Assembly: GCF_009914755.1 (NCBI RefSeq)
Contig: NC_060925.1
DNA: 64,000 nt
Direction: 5' to 3' (one strand)
Source: the human T2T-CHM13v2.0 reference genome, Homo sapiens
Shown here: positions 1 to 14,123 of the stretch, piece after piece
How the letters are laid out: the number at the start of each line of letters is the position of its first letter
Position numbering within the stretch: the stretch's first letter is position 1
Notes under the pieces: model-generated
Seen by the model: only the letters and a program-made list of their open reading frames with translations
What the model was told of the DNA's origin: nothing
Databases searched by the model: none
Translations under genes and position numbers: made by a program

Positions 1-230
1 CTTTGCTGACTCAGGTAGGCAGGGCTGTTCTCACTAGCCTTGGGCCCAGGCCAAAGCATATTTTCCTATCATTCAAATAACTGCTTGGGGACCTATATGG
101 TGTCAGGCAGAACACCCTACTCTCCAGAGACTAAGGAGCAGATTTAAAACCACGAGGATGGCAGTCCCACCCGCTCCAGGCCCACAGGCAGGCCTACTGA
201 AGGAGCCATTCCGCAAGAGCCAGGGCCTAC

Positions 231-373
231 CTGACGGCAGCCAGATGGCAGTCGTAGTGCACAATGTTGAAGTGGGACACGGTGCTGTAGCCCTGCTGTT
301 TCCGGGGCTTATTCTCCAACTCCTCCAAGGCTACCCGCTTCGTGAAGGTATAAATGCCCAGGACCTTTGTGGG
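231..373 (-). CDS. UBR4: UBR4 exon, 143 nt (PTKVLGIY...[10 protein letters not shown]; second half of hemi-RING)
   Basis: cag| acceptor, |gtagg donor, phase 0-2. Confidence 0.96.
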
Positions 374-984
374 CTGCAAAGACGACAACATAAGGAGAGG
401 GGAGGAGAAACTCCAAGTCAGGCTCAGGAGAAGCAGAATAGAGGGGAACTGCCGCCCTTCTTGGGCAATGCCTTGGGGTTCAGGTTGCTCTCACTAGGGA
501 AGTTCAGAAGAGCAGGTAAGGCCAGCCCCTCAGTCTGTTGGTGAAGCACTTGGCTGGCCGCAGCCCTAGTGAAACAAGGATTATGGGAGCAACCAGCAAG
601 AAGGGGATGCGGTGCAGATGCAGAGGCATACACATAAGCAAGCCTCGGCCATCTTTCTTTACTTTGTGCTTCATCTGTCTGAAAATGCAGAAGTGACTTC
701 TTGATATTCCCTTGCTTTTCAAAACCTGCTGGGCAGCTCTGAAGAGCCTGCATTATGCAGGACTAACGAGCCCTGTGGCCCAGGCACCTGCCCTTTCACA
801 GCCTGTATTCTAAGCAGTAAGTTCCAGCTGGAAAGAAGAGGCCACCTTTGAGCCTTCAGGAGAGCCAGCAGGTCACTGGCTGCTCTGCTCCTTTCAGGTG
901 GAATCTAGTTTGGATAAGCCTAGAAAGTTCTGATTTTCTCCCCAGTTACCCTGAATGGAGGCAGCATGGTATGTTTTTAAAAGG

Positions 985-1160
985 CCAGGTCTGGAGTCTG
1001 AGAAGCCTAGGCTGGAATTCTGGCTCTGCCATGTGACCTTTGTTTGCTTAACCACAAGTTGAGACTTTTTACAGGTTTAAATAAAATTATCCAGTTTACA
1101 CAAAGCTCTGAGCATGAGGCCTCACATATAGGAAGAATCCAATGAGCAGCATTTGTCATG
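985..1160 (+). mobile_element. MIR fragment
   Basis: ctggagtc...gaattctggctctgccatgtgacc core and 3'-end similarity; boundaries approximate. Confidence 0.55.
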
Positions 1161-1367
1161 ATGATGATAAAGATAACAAAGTCTAAAGTTCGGATGAGCT
1201 CGCCTTCCTGCCTCTAAAGAGGACAGCTGGTCCTTTTGTTAATCTCCTAAGATGCAGGCCTTGATCTTGCCTAGCTAAGAACAAAATGGCCTGGAGGAGG
1301 GGGATGCTACCTAGAACAAGGGGTCAGGCTGGGCCCTCAGGACCGACCGTAGGCCCAGCAGCTGTAC

Positions 1368-1481
1368 CTGGAACTTGTATCCCTCCCTGCAGATGCAGCA
1401 CGTGAGGCCAGGCTCCTCGATCAGCTCTTCCATCTGCTTCAGGAGTGCTGTCTTGGTCACGACCTGGCCCTTTTCATTTGT
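1368..1481 (-). CDS. UBR4: UBR4 exon, 114 nt (TNEKGQ...TCCICREGYKFQ; hemi-RING CxxC)
   Basis: cag|...|gtaca, phase 0-0. Confidence 0.96.
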
Positions 1482-2310
1482 CTGTAGGGGAACCCCGGTG
1501 GCATGTCAAGGGGATTTCCACACACCCTCTCCCACCCTAGCTTGGAGATGCTCAGGAACAGGGCTAACCTTCTACCTCCACTAAAAGGACAGGTGCATGA
1601 GAGGAAAGCCCTTGAGCTGTCTTCTAATAAGGATAAAGACCCAGGCCCTTCTGCTATTCTCTCTTCCTACAGGAACCACTGAAGCAAAGGAAGTCATCCA
1701 GCTGGAGCCCTGGCAAGGTGCCACCTGCCATCAGAAAAGCCCCCTTTCTTCATGCCAGCATCTTCGTGCCAGCAATGCCAAGTCTCAGCTTCCAAGGGTT
1801 GTTGCACTATGATTCATTCACTGTTCCCAGGTGAGCTTTTCAACTGCTGACACTCAAGTCTGTGCTTTGGAGAAGGAGCTTGTAGGACTCTGCTTCCTCC
1901 AAGGTGGGACAGTTAGAAGAGCACAGAACCCTTTGTGTCAACCACTTATTAGTTATGTGCCTTGGCCTATTTACTTCACCTCTCAGTTTCAGTTACTTCA
2001 TCTGGAAAATGGGTATAACAATATCAACCTCCTAGAACTACTTGAGGGCTTAAATAAGTCCTCAATAAACTTAATGGCTATTATCACTGGTTTACTGTTT
2101 TGGTAAACTTCGTAAGTCACTTACTCCGAGTCTCATCTGTATGATAGAACGATAGTAGTTCCACCTCTGAGAGGGCCGAACACACCTAGTTCCTTCCTCC
2201 TACTCTGTCCAGCCTTCTCTTTCCCCATGGCCAACCCCAGGGCTGTCCCATGGCCACCTCCTCATCAACAGTGTGGGCAGAAATATGGGGACTCTAGGTG
2301 GTAGCTTTAC

Positions 2311-2529
2311 CGTCATGCCCAGGGTGCCCAGGGCCTTCTGCCTCATTGCCATGGCCATGCGTTTCTTCTCTGCCCGGGTCTCCCTGCGGGCTGCGTCAAT
2401 CTTCTTGTTTACGTCAGGGTGTTCCCGCAGGGCTTCCAGCAGGTTCTCTGCCAAGGTCCCAATGCCCTCATCACTGGACACCTGCTCCAGCTTATGCAGG
2501 TTCGGGATGGAATCAGTTCCAATCAGAAC
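2311..2529 (-). CDS. UBR4: UBR4 exon, 219 nt (VLIGTDS...LGMT)
   Basis: cag|...|gtaaa, phase 0-0; inside ORF 2200..2565. Confidence 0.96.
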
Positions 2530-3609
2530 CTGCCAGTAAGAGACCAGAGAGACACATGCCTCCAATTATGTAGACAAACCTTCTTCCCGGGAGCTTAAAG
2601 GTTTAGAAACTCAACCAGCATGCACCATCTCATGTCACCTGCTCAGCTGCAATCAGGTCCTTTGATTCCACACTTTGACAGACACAGACAAATGGAAGAG
2701 GGTTTGGCTCTGCCACTGCCTCTGACCAATTCCTATGCTCTAAGCTCAGTATTTCCATCTATAAAATGGGGATAGTGCAAGGGCTGCTGTGATGACTAAA
2801 AACTAGATAACATATGCAAAGCATCCATCACAGAGGATGTGGAAAGGGGCCAGGAGAAGATCCCCGTATTCTGGTAAGACAAGCAGCAACACCTGATGTG
2901 TACTGAGTGGTGAACCAGCAGCCAGAGCAGGCACTGGACGTTCTCCTAAGGACCTGCCCTGAGTTCTCCACGGGAGCCCCTGGGTCCACCAAACCTAGGA
3001 GCACAGTTTTCTCAGGCTAGGGATACTAGAGGTGCAATGACTACAAGCAGGTATGGACATGAAAAACTTTAACAACAAAAAAGATATTAACAAGAAACCT
3101 CTGTGCCTGAAAAAGCTGGAAGTCACTACGTATAGCGCTATGTGATAAACGGGGGTGGAGAACATCAGAAGGCTAAAGACAGGTGTAGTTGGAAAAAGCA
3201 CTCCAGGTGAGCTCACTGAGAAATATTACCACATCCCTGAAATCCTCACCAACCTGTCACAAGTGACTTGACAGCAATGATTACATATGAGACAACAGGC
3301 TGAAAATAACACAGCCAGCAGATCACTCAGTAGCTCATAAATCTGTTCTCACAGCAAGTCCACTTCCAATCTGTGTCTCAGCGAAATTACCTATTCCCTC
3401 ATGTCTCATGCTCCTAAATGCTGAGCCCATATTTCAACTCCTACTGAGCTTTTCCACAGGTACCCCAAACTCAACATTCTGGCTGTTTACTGTGTGTGCA
3501 TGCTTGCACATGTGTGTTTTCGGTGCTGGGAAAACAAAGACCTTGCTCTCATTTAACTTACATTCTAGTTATTAATAGGACAGACCATACATTCATAGCA
3601 TAGTCTAAT

Positions 3610-4277
3610 GAACTCTCCTCCACCTTACTCGCAAACCTCTGATCTTCTCCATCTCAGTGGCACCACCATTCACCTCATCACTCATTCCAGAAACTGAGCA
3701 GGTTCTTGATTCATTCAGCTTCTTAGCTTCTCACGTTCGGTCACTCTCCAAATCCCATTTATTCTTCCTCCCAGCTCAATCTCTGTTGAATCTATCCATG
3801 AACTAGTTTAAGCTGCCATTTCTCTCACTTCAATTACGATAAAAGCCTGTCAACTGTTCTTCCTACCTCCAATCTCACCTCCCTTCAATTCACTCTCTGT
3901 AATATGGCCAGGGCACTGCCCTCAGGAGAAAACCCACACTCCTCTTCTGGGAGAAAGAACATGCCTTTCCCCTGCTTGGATCTCCATCGGCAGCTCTTGC
4001 CATGCCTCGCCTCCGACTGCAGCTGCTTTCAATTCTTGGAAGGCTTTAAGCTCTCTTTGGCCTCTGAACCTTTGCAGGTGCCATGCCCTCTACTTAACAA
4101 TCCTATTTCCTGAGGCCCCTTCCACACTGCATCTATCTCGCTGTTTAGTTACTACTCTGTATTTGGCTCTATCTTCCACCAGACAGTAAGCTCCCAACAG
4201 GCACAGGCGACAGCTGTCTCCTCAGTCTAACACAGGACCAGCTACACAACAAGATGTGTTGCAAGAAAAATGAATGG
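3610..4277 (+). mobile_element. L2 (LINE2) 3' fragment
   Basis: Pyrimidine-rich L2-like motifs (ggcaccaccattcac, gtaagctcc...tgaatg end); boundaries approximate. Confidence 0.55.
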
Positions 4278-4364
4278 CCATAGCATAAATGCCAAGTATC
4301 TAACTAGATAAAGCCTTATTCTAAAGAAAGTAATTCAATTTGGTAACTAAGAATAAATCTGGAT

Positions 4365-4661
<297 letters not shown>

Positions 4662-5009
4662 GAATAAGCCTGGAAATCAGCTGACTTTGAGTTCCAAACT
4701 CATTGTGTTGCCTTTGGCCAAATCACAACCGTGTTCCTTGATTTATCCATATACAAAAGAGAGATGTTACAAGGATATGGAAAACAATACATGTGAAATT
4801 CCTATGCAGGAAAAAGTATCTCCACAAATATATACAATTATGACTCCACTGAGTTGAACAGAAGTTTAGAAAAGGGATTTCAGTGAGACACAGTGAAGAA
4901 TCTTTACTGTACTCAAGTTACCATGTTTTTGGAATGAGTTACCGAAACAGATTACCAAATGAGACAGTGGAACTATTTTCAATGCAGAACACTACAAACA
5001 GAAAAAACG

Positions 5010-5897
5010 CAATGCTGAGGACTCTCAAAACTCAACATTAAAAAACAAACAATCCAGTTAGAAATTGGGCAAAAGACATGAACAGACATTTCACTGAAGA
5101 TACACAGGGCACATGAAAAGACGTTCAACATCATGAACCACTAGGAAAACGCAGAACCACACGGAATCACTGCACATCTTCCAAACAGTTCAAACTAAAA
5201 ATAGTCACCAAATGCTGGCTAAGACGCAGAGAAACTGGAGCAGCCATACATTTCCGGTGAAATGTAAAATGTAAAATGCTGTAGCTACTCTAGAGAACAG
5301 TTTGGCAGCTTCTTATAAACAAAATATGCAACTACTATACAACGCAGCAACTGCACTCTTGGGCATTTATCCCAGAAAAATGAAAACTTATATTCACACA
5401 AAAACCTGCACACAAGTGTTCATGGCAGCTTTATAAATAACAGCCAAAAACTGGCAACAATCCAGGTGTCCTTTAATGGGTGAACAGTTAAACAAACCTG
5501 GATGAAACTCCAGAAAATCATGCTGAGAAAAAAAAAAAAGACAATCCCAAAAGGTTACATTCTGTACAACTGCATTTATACAACATTCTTGAAATGCCAA
5601 AGTTACAGAAATGGAGAACACATCGGTGGGTGCCAGGGGCTTGTGGCAGGGGAGCAGGGGAAGATAGATGTGGCTACAAAAGGCCAACAAGAGGGACCCT
5701 TGTGCTGATGAACCTGCCCTGCGTCCTGATGGCACTGATGTCTATATCCTGGTTGTGGTGTGTGCTCGGGTTCCACATGATGTTACCACTGGGGGAGAGT
5801 GGGGAAAGGACCCACATGATTTCTCTGTATTGTTTCTTAACAACTGCATGTGAATTTATAATAATCTCCAAATTAAAACTTTGATTTAAAAAAAAAA
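5010..5897 (+). mobile_element. Old L1 (L1M-type) 3' end with A tail
   Basis: ORF2 C-terminal and 3'UTR motifs (gggcaaaagacatgaacagacatttcac, gggcatttatcccagaaaaatgaaaac), ends in an A run. Confidence 0.8.
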
Positions 5898-6369
5898 CCC
5901 AGCCCTGGCCATCTATCCAGGGCCAGTTAGGATTGGATTTGTGAGGGGTTAACGCTCAGCCCTGTGGGGAGAAATCAGGAATGAGCTGCGGAGTGGAATG
6001 GGTGGGACTCCCTAAGAACAAGGGGTTCAGCTGCTTGAGGCAGAGAAGATAGAGGTGATGGTAATATAAGTGTCCTAGTGACTGTGGCCAGACACCCAAG
6101 TGTTTTACTCTCTGGTCAGCCAATCCCTCACAGTTCAACAGTTGCACAGGTGACCCATTAGACAATGAAGCCCCACTTAAGAATGAGTTGAATGAGGAAA
6201 TCACAAATACAACTTACTTCTCTCAGCACACATAGATGAAGTAGATGACTTCTGAGGCTCACTTCTACTCTAGAAGTCTCATATATTAGGGTAAGTCATG
6301 TCTCAAGGTAAACTAGGGTAGTTATACTTGTACCCCTGTACCCTCACACTACCTGTCCTGGCTACCCAC

Positions 6370-6469
6370 CTGGGTGCCAGGGTGCTGGATGGCCAGGCCC
6401 CGAAGCAGCCTTAGGATAAATGGCAAGGCTGGGCGAGACAAAAACTTTTTCCAGATGTCGGCATCCAAA
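6370..6469 (-). CDS. UBR4: UBR4 exon, 100 nt (LDADIWKK...HPGTQ)
   Basis: cag|...|gtggg, phase 2-0. Confidence 0.95.
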
Positions 6470-6863
6470 CTGCAAAGCAAAGGAAGGCTTATTAGCAGGC
6501 CAGGGAAGCAAAGGCTACCTAGAAACCAGTTGTTGACTCTGGCTTGTTTAAACCCCCAGGGCATGATTAACCGTGACCCTCTCCGAGTGTCATAAAGAAT
6601 CACATAGAACCACCCAGCTCAGCTGAAAAGCCAGAAAGAAGTGAGTACTCTAAGTAGAAACCAAAAAGTTGCCATCCTTTTCCGGCAAGCCCCGAGGACT
6701 CTGCAGTGGTTGAATGGTCACCCACATAGTTTCCAGAAGCGGTTGGGAGGCCCCAAGGAGGGCAAGGGGCACACGTGAAGCTTTATGCCAAGATGCTGAT
6801 GGAGAAGGAAAAGGAAAGGGCAAAGCGAAGGCAAAGCAGCCCCGCTGCGGGAGGGCTTCATAC

Positions 6864-7037
6864 TTCTTGGCGCTAGGGATGTGCTTTTTCATGTAGTCAA
6901 GTGCATTCTGGGTGATCCCCTTCTGGAGAATCAGATCCTTCAGCTGGTGCCCATTGCTGTTGTTCTTGATGCCAGCAGCTATTTTACAGAAGCAGTCCAG
7001 GAAGACTTTATCATCACCACTGTGATCTTCATCATAT
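6864..7037 (-). CDS. UBR4: UBR4 exon, 174 nt (YDEDHSGDD...IPSAK)
   Basis: tag|...|gtatg, phase 2-2. Confidence 0.95.
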
Positions 7038-7499
7038 CTAGGAGGAAAGAGCAGAGTTTGAGGGTGTGAAAGGCGGGACAAAACCCAGTCATGTCACCCT
7101 CTTGGTTAACAACTGTCAACAGCCTATAGAAGATCAAGGCTAAATTCCCTAACGTGACACAAAGACCTATCTGCCCCGGCTCCTGCCACTCTCCCTGTTT
7201 ACCTGCTATGTCTCCCACGCTCACAGCCTTCTCTTGCACTCACATTTGCGCACACGTGGCTCCATCTCGTCATATTCCTCCCATCTCACCAACCACTTTG
7301 CCTTCTCTGACTAGCCAATTGCTACTCTAATACAGTATATTTTAACTATTCACTTCCCAACTAGACTGAGCTCCTTAAAAGCCAGAACGAGGACACAAAA
7401 ATCTAATAGGTATTCAGAGGATTCTTCCTCATCTCACAGACCTAGTTCAGCGTTTTAGTGGAGACTCTCATTTCACTATATGAAATCAAAGTAACATAC

Positions 7500-7690
7500 T
7501 TATCAAAGTTGCAGTATGGTTTGAATCGCTCCACCAAGATCTGCATTTTCTCCACCTCTCCAAAGGAAAGGTACGGGATGATGCGAAGCAGGCCCTGGAG
7601 CACACTGGGGTTGGAGCGAACAAAGGTGCTGTTGATCTGGTCCAAGAGCATCACCAGTTGATCCTTGTCACCTGTCAGGAGGAGGTTGCC
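7500..7690 (-). CDS. UBR4: UBR4 exon, 191 nt (GNLLLTGD...YCNFD)
   Basis: cag|...|gtatg, phase 0-2. Confidence 0.95.
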
Positions 7691-8456
7691 CTGCAACAGA
7701 AAAGAGGGTGAACATGCCATTAATGCAGTCAGGACTGTGGCTGCAGCCAACATCTGAGCCCCAAAAGTCACCACTTCCATCAGAGTCATCAGGAATACCC
7801 CTAGAAGAACTATGTCTCGGCACTTCTTGGGGAATAACAAACAGTCGGAGTTTCACTTGAGAAATTCGTTTCTAAATTTCTGTGACAGTGCTGTTAATTG
7901 TCTCAGGTGGTCAAAATATACCAATACAATCTTCCCTCCCTGTAAAAGAATGCAGGCTGCTGGACATTCACTTGGTCATAGCTCTAGCCAAATCATTAGC
8001 ACCAATAAGAATGGAGGAAATTACAGGCATAGCAGGTGGAGAGAAATTCTGGGAGTTGGAGATCTGGGTTCTAGGCCTGATTCCACCAGTAACCAACTAT
8101 GTACCACAGCTGAGGAAATGCCAAGTCCAGGGAAATGAAGTGGGCTATTCAATTCCTCAACTATGAAATGAAAGGTTGGACTAAAGCCTCTGTCTATCAA
8201 CTGAGACATGCCAGGATTCCATTAACGAGCAGCTTTTGAGTGAAAGACTATCCTTAGCAATTGTGCTTGCTCTGAATCCAAAGATTTCACATTTCGATAC
8301 AATTATGTCATCATTAGTTGAGTCCTAACATTCCAATGCTTAAGCAGGCTCCGCCATTCTCAGGTGGGCTAAGCCAGACACAAACAGGCCTGTTGTGGGC
8401 AATGAGACAGTGCAGGCTCTCAGTGCCTGCAGATGGAGGGGCCGAGCCCCACTCAC

Positions 8457-8576
8457 CTTGTCCTCACTCAGGGGCTCAGCATTGGACTCATCTAGAATGA
8501 TCTCCATGATGCTAAGCACCTGCTCAGCCACAGCTGCACCCCCACTGTCCTTGCTTTCTTGTTCAGCTACAAGGGC
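8457..8576 (-). CDS. UBR4: UBR4 exon, 120 nt (ALVAEQES...LSEDK)
   Basis: cag|...|gtgag, phase 0-0. Confidence 0.95.
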
Positions 8577-9095
8577 CTGTAGGAGAAGGAGACTCAGTCA
8601 CTCTCAGAATAAGACCACAGCCACTAACTGCTGAGGACAATTGCTCTCAAGGATGCCCTCACAGCCTTACTCCCCAGAGACCATGTGTGTATGACCGTGT
8701 GTATGTATGTGCGTGTATATGCATGTTCTGAGAGGGAGACAAGCGTGTGAGCTTTTGATGACAGGCAGCTTTGCTGCCCCAAGGAGAGGGGCACTTCTTT
8801 CCCACTGGTGTGTAGTCTAGACTGTTTAAGGGACTGCCTTCCTCTTATCTCTGATCTGAACTCAGGAAAGGAGCAAGGAAGCTCTTGAGTGCCATGGCAG
8901 CAGCATGGGGGCGGGAGGTGAGCCAGCCAGAGGAGAAGGGCAGCTGAATGACCCAAGCCTCTGCACCAGTCAGCCAGAGAGATGAAGGGCTTGAAGAAGC
9001 CGTGAGTCCATTTCATCTGAGCCCAGAACTGAGAGGTCTTTCACACCCAGACTTCCAAGGCCCACTCTTCTTCACCTGCAGTCCATGCTCCTTAC

Positions 9096-9203
9096 CAGGT
9101 TTAGGGTCCCCAGCATGACGTTCAAGGTGTTCATTTCCAGTTTGACCAGTTGCTGCCGGTTGACTTTCACCTTCACGCAGTAACTGAACAATTTCAGTAG
9201 CAC
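9096..9203 (-). CDS. UBR4: UBR4 exon, 108 nt (VLLKLFSY...GTLNL)
   Basis: cag|...|gtaag, phase 0-0. Confidence 0.95.
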
Positions 9204-10073
9204 CTGACAAGAAAAGCCAGTCAAAACCCATGAGGCCACATGAGAGTGTAGGACATGGGGGCCAGTAGGAAAGGGATGTCTAAGCAGGGTCTACACCATC
9301 AGCAGGGGCTCCTCCTGAAATGAAGAGGACAGGAGGGAGAAGCGGCTCTTCAGGGGACATGGTGAGATGGCTGGGCTCTCACATTAGGCTGGTAGCTCCA
9401 ATGGCGGGATATATCTCTACCATCTCTAATACAACGGCAATGACAGCAGTTCCTAATGGAAGAGGTGATGCTCTGTTTGTTGTCTTGGGGGAAATCCCAG
9501 CATCAACTCAGACCCTAAACTAATAGTAAAGAAAATGATCCCAAAGCTCGTGGCCTGTGAGAGCTCAGAACCACATAGGTCATTTAAAACAAAGGCACAA
9601 TAATAACAATAATACATATTCTCATAAACCCTGGGGGAGTGGGGGTGGGGAGTAGTGAAAATAACAGTGTAGTATTTGTGGTGCCTCTCTGGAATGCTCT
9701 AATCCTCACTAAGGAGATTAGTTGGATGAATACCCAAACAAAACCCTACAATGCAAGAAATGAGTTACATTACAAAATCCATTTTAAAAACAACAACAAT
9801 GATAATAGTTAACACAAGTGCAGCTATTTGGGGAAAGACAGTCAGATGCTGGCTCTATAGAGAGGTATTGGAGAAGGGAAGTGGGCCAGCAGGACGGGAA
9901 AAGGTGTGCCTAAGAATGTAGTCCTAACTGCCAGGTCCTTCACTGGCTCGCACTGCTCCACGGCACCATGCTGCCCTCTAGGGTAAAATGACACAGTGGC
10001 CATAGCTTCTTTCCACAGGGGCCTCTCCCAGTGCAGAAAGGCTGGCCCCCACAACTTGCTGCCCCCAACTCAC

Positions 10074-10201
10074 TGTTAGAAGGTGGCGTCCCTGCTTGAA
10101 ATCTCTGATCCCTGCGAGTCTGTTAAGCATGCATTCCAGGCCCCCACACTGGGCCATCACACCAGCCATTTTATACACTTCTTCTTCATCTTCTTCTTCA
10201 T
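10074..10201 (-). CDS. UBR4: UBR4 exon, 128 nt (DEEEDEEEVY...RHLLT)
   Basis: tag|...|gtgag, phase 1-0. Confidence 0.95.
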
Positions 10202-10742
10202 CTAGGGGAGAAGGGAAGCCAAGCAGAAATGGAGGGTAAGGTGAAGATGGGAATAAAATAGGCCAGGATAAGACAGCCCTATTCCTGGCTGATGGCTGAC
10301 AGCCCTTTTCCGTATCTCCAATAAAGACACGGCCAATAAAAGGGGTCAATGATGGATGATATTAAACTGTCCCACTCTCAGTAGGAGCTTTTTTAAAGTT
10401 TCAAGTCAATTAAAATTACTTACTCAAATGTCAAAGTATGAGCACCAATACCATCAATGGAGTGGGGGGAGAGGGAGTTAAAAATAAATCTGAACTCCAG
10501 TTTACTGTTCATTGCATTTTCCTCTAAAAGTTTGCTGGTATTCTTTTTTTTTTTTTGAACACTCAGTGGTATCTGCATCATGCCACAGACACCTCTTTTT
10601 TTCCTCAATTGAAGAAACAACCTCCCCACAATTCTGATGCAGAGGTACAAGAGAGAAGCAACTGAGAATGCCCCTAAGTCCTGGGACGTGAGCCGCTCAT
10701 GAGTCCCAAGCCTCAGATCCAATGTGCAGTGCCATGATCTAC

Positions 10743-10830
10743 CTGTAGTAGAGTCCAGGGACTCAATGAACTCCTCTGTGGCATCGCCCAGCAGCCCCCG
10801 CATACGATAAACAATCCTCATGGGCTCTCC
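10743..10830 (-). CDS. UBR4: UBR4 exon, 88 nt (GEPMRIVY...LDSTT)
   Basis: cag|...|gtaga, phase 0-1. Confidence 0.95.
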
Positions 10831-12454
10831 CTGAGCAGAGAAAGTTGGAGAAAGGTACTTAAAAACAGGCCCAGACAAATGCAAAGGACTCCATACTTGG
10901 TCTTGCTTAAAGCCCCAGCAATGTGGAGAGCCTCTATTTTTCTACAAAGTCTCAACCACAACATCTAGAATCCAAATGCACAGCAATTCACTTAGGGGAA
11001 AGAATGCTAATTTTATTTTGTGTCTACTAGAAGCTAGACATTGTATGAAACATTTTAAAGACACTATCTCCTTCAATTTCATTAGAACACTATGTAATAA
11101 TCTAACAAATATTTATTGAATGTTTTACTCTGTGCCAGGTCCTATGCTAATTAAGTACTTTCTATGATCCTTTTACATAAGGTTACACAGCTTGTTCAAG
11201 GTTACCAAGCTATAAGCGGAGGTCTAATTCCAAGCCTGGACCTTCCTCAGGAGTAGAAACTGTCTCCAATCAATAGGGACTACTACCCAGGACAAACAAG
11301 GCCATTTAAATCAAAGAGCTTTGACTCAAGCCTCGGGAATCAAAACAGGAAAAGAGAGTACATCAATCTTTACCTACAGAGATTCAGACGTCTTTATATA
11401 ACCATACAAGGAGGGGGTTCATCCACAATTCTTTAAGCTAAACCCACAATCTGACTAGAATGATAAGAATCAAGTCTTTTATAAATGACAAAATTACAGC
11501 AACTTCACTAAATTGGAGAATAAGGAAAGTTCACTGTATGTCTGGCACTGAGCACATATATTAATATTATTCTCATTTTGCAGACTAGAAATTGGAGCTC
11601 AAAGTAACCACTGATGAAATCCAGTGGGGGATTTGGTAGCACGCTAATTCAAGCAGCCTGCCTCCAAGTCTATGCTGAGCTTCAGGACAGGACACCCTGG
11701 AGGAAGACAACCTGCCAGAAAGGCCAGTTGCAGAAGTGTTTCCGGCTATAGAAGCCCAGTGAGAATTCCTCAGAGAGAACCACCACAGACACTGAACACA
11801 GAGCAGGTTCTAGTTCTAGTCAGTAGCTACAGAGGTAGGCTGCTTATCAGGGAAATGGAGGGCAAGGTAGAGAAGGGAAGCTGAAGTCCCAGAACATAGG
11901 CTATCACAAACTCAGAACTTTGCCAGAAAACCTTCTAACTGGATTAAGCACATCAATGTGAGGGGCAAATGATTCTCAACTTCTATCTTGCTTCACCATT
12001 CAAGGGAGATACCCTTGTGCATTCTGTGGGTTCACTACCACCATTTACCAGAGTGCCCACAGAAGCTTGGTCTTAATTTTTTATATGCATCAGGGATTAA
12101 ATCTGTATTGTTCTGTTTTGATGCTACAATGTCTGTAACAAGAGGTACTGGCTGGGACAGTTCTCTGCCTGTCCCTCAGCCAACAGTGCAACAACGACCC
12201 CACTGGCAGTAGACCAACAGTCAACAGTAAGCAGGATTCCCAGCCCAGTGGGAGAAAAGAAAGGAGAGAGGCGGAAATATGTAACAAATTGAAGATCAAA
12301 ATCTACAAATAGTATACTGCCAATTTAGTTTCTCAAACTCTACAGAAGTATTTGGGACCAAGTCTAGAAAAGTTTGCTGTGCATCCCTGCTACACTAGTT
12401 TGCTGTAATTAAGTTACTTATCTGATTCATGTGCTAAAGACCTCTCCTCCCAAT

Positions 12455-12575
12455 AGAAACAAGAGAAGGGAAGAAATGGCAGGGGGAGAGAGAAATGGAG
12501 GGGAAGAAAAAGAAACAGAAAGAGAGGAATGGAAGGAACAGAGAGTAAGAAAGGAGGGAAAGGTGAAGGGGACCA
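12455..12575. repeat. GA-rich low-complexity tract
   Basis: Almost entirely A/G on the + strand. Confidence 0.7.
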
Positions 12576-13146
12576 TCTAATACTTCCATAAGTGGACAAA
12601 CAGCATCACTCGTGATGGCCAAAAGGCCCAGAGCGCTGGACTTCCTTCATTTCCCTTTTCCCCTCCTCAAGAATAACTGCCTGTTTGAGCCTCCATTCCC
12701 CAACTAGTAAAACAGAAATGATGCTCCTTGACACAGCTACTGGAAAAATGTTCTACTAAGCGAGCAGGCCCATAAAAGCTGAGAACTAATCTCAGCTGAG
12801 AGGTGTCCATACTGAAGGGAACAAGACAGCAAGCATTCCCAGCACAGAGCCTCCTTCGACACCCCCTGGCTTTCAGTTCTTGGGGTTTGACAACTTGCAC
12901 AGCCCAGCAAAATGCTTTTGCTTTCCTGAAGCTTCATGAAGGTCATTAAATGTCCCTCCATTAGTCAGATGCCTCCAAAGGAAAACAAGATTGGTTTTCT
13001 CCACACAACCCCAAACAGGGACAGTAAAGCCTTAGAGAGCTGCTACAAGCCAGGTAAGTGATGATGAACAATGGCTCCTGCTGGTACAAGTCTGCATAAG
13101 TCAGAAAAGTGAAACCACACCTCCAAACGAGAAAGCAGGCACATAC

Positions 13147-13227
13147 CTCATTCGTGGTACACCAGACTTTCTTGTAAACTTCAGCCACAGGAAGGTCCAA
13201 ACTAATGATTTTATTGTTCACTAGAAG
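13147..13227 (-). CDS. UBR4: UBR4 exon, 81 nt (LLVNNKII...CTTNE)
   Basis: cag|...|gtatg, phase 0-0. Confidence 0.95.
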
Positions 13228-13925
13228 CTGAACAGAAAAGCAGGTGAAGCTGTTATTCCAAATAATTGTAAGACAAGTAAAATCCAAGAGCAAAGGGCAC
13301 CTTACGGCAATGGTTGATAATTCACAATTTTTATATGTCATGGACCTATCAACTCTCCCACTCTTAAAAAATCCGCACGTATGAAAAACACACAGAATTT
13401 TGTGCACAATTTCAGGGGCTGCTAACGTCCCTAACCCACACACAGGCTCCAGCTTAGACACACCCACCGGGGACCTTCTCCTGCAGGCTCAGCACCAGAA
13501 AAGGCTTTTCACTATGTAAAAATGTCAGACCCTCAACGGTCTGCCAGAAAGTAACTGACACGGGGACATAAACCTGCACAGGGGGTAAAACGCCAATATT
13601 TAGGGGGCTCAGGTAACTCAGACTCACCGAGAAGTCTCTGCCAGAGGCAATAACGATAATAAATACCCACCACCACTACAACCAACAGCCATTAACAATA
13701 TGCTTACTTCCTGCCAGGCACTGGGCAGAGCCCTTTACAGGTTATTAACCTTAGCACTAGGTGAGGTAGAAAGGTGGGAATCATTAACCCCAACTTACAG
13801 AGTGGAGAAACTGAAGGCCACCTGCCCCAAGTTAATCAGCTACTAGGAAGAAGCACCTGGATTTGGTTAGCCTAGGAGGAAGCCCCTAATCGTAAACGTG
13901 GGCAGCACTGTCCTATGGTCATTAC

Positions 13926-14123
13926 CTCCATGCCACTGTCATCTTCCAGGAGGGCCACTAAGTCACAGTCCTGGCAAATCTTGTTCTTTATATCCCTCAT
14001 CAGCGGCCCGATGCCTGGCTCATTGCTGCTATACGGGTTCCCAGGCATCCTGCCCTGTAAGAAGTCTTCTTGTTGGGGATCCTTCTCCAGGGTCACAAAG
14101 AACTCAGTGACTTCATTCTCCTC
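13926..14123 (-). CDS. UBR4: UBR4 exon, 198 nt (EENEVTEFF...DSGME)
   Basis: cag|...|gtaat, phase 0-0. Confidence 0.95.

Noticed and set aside
158-544. 128-aa + strand ORF
   Set aside because: Antisense to a coding exon in GC-rich sequence; no independent coding evidence.
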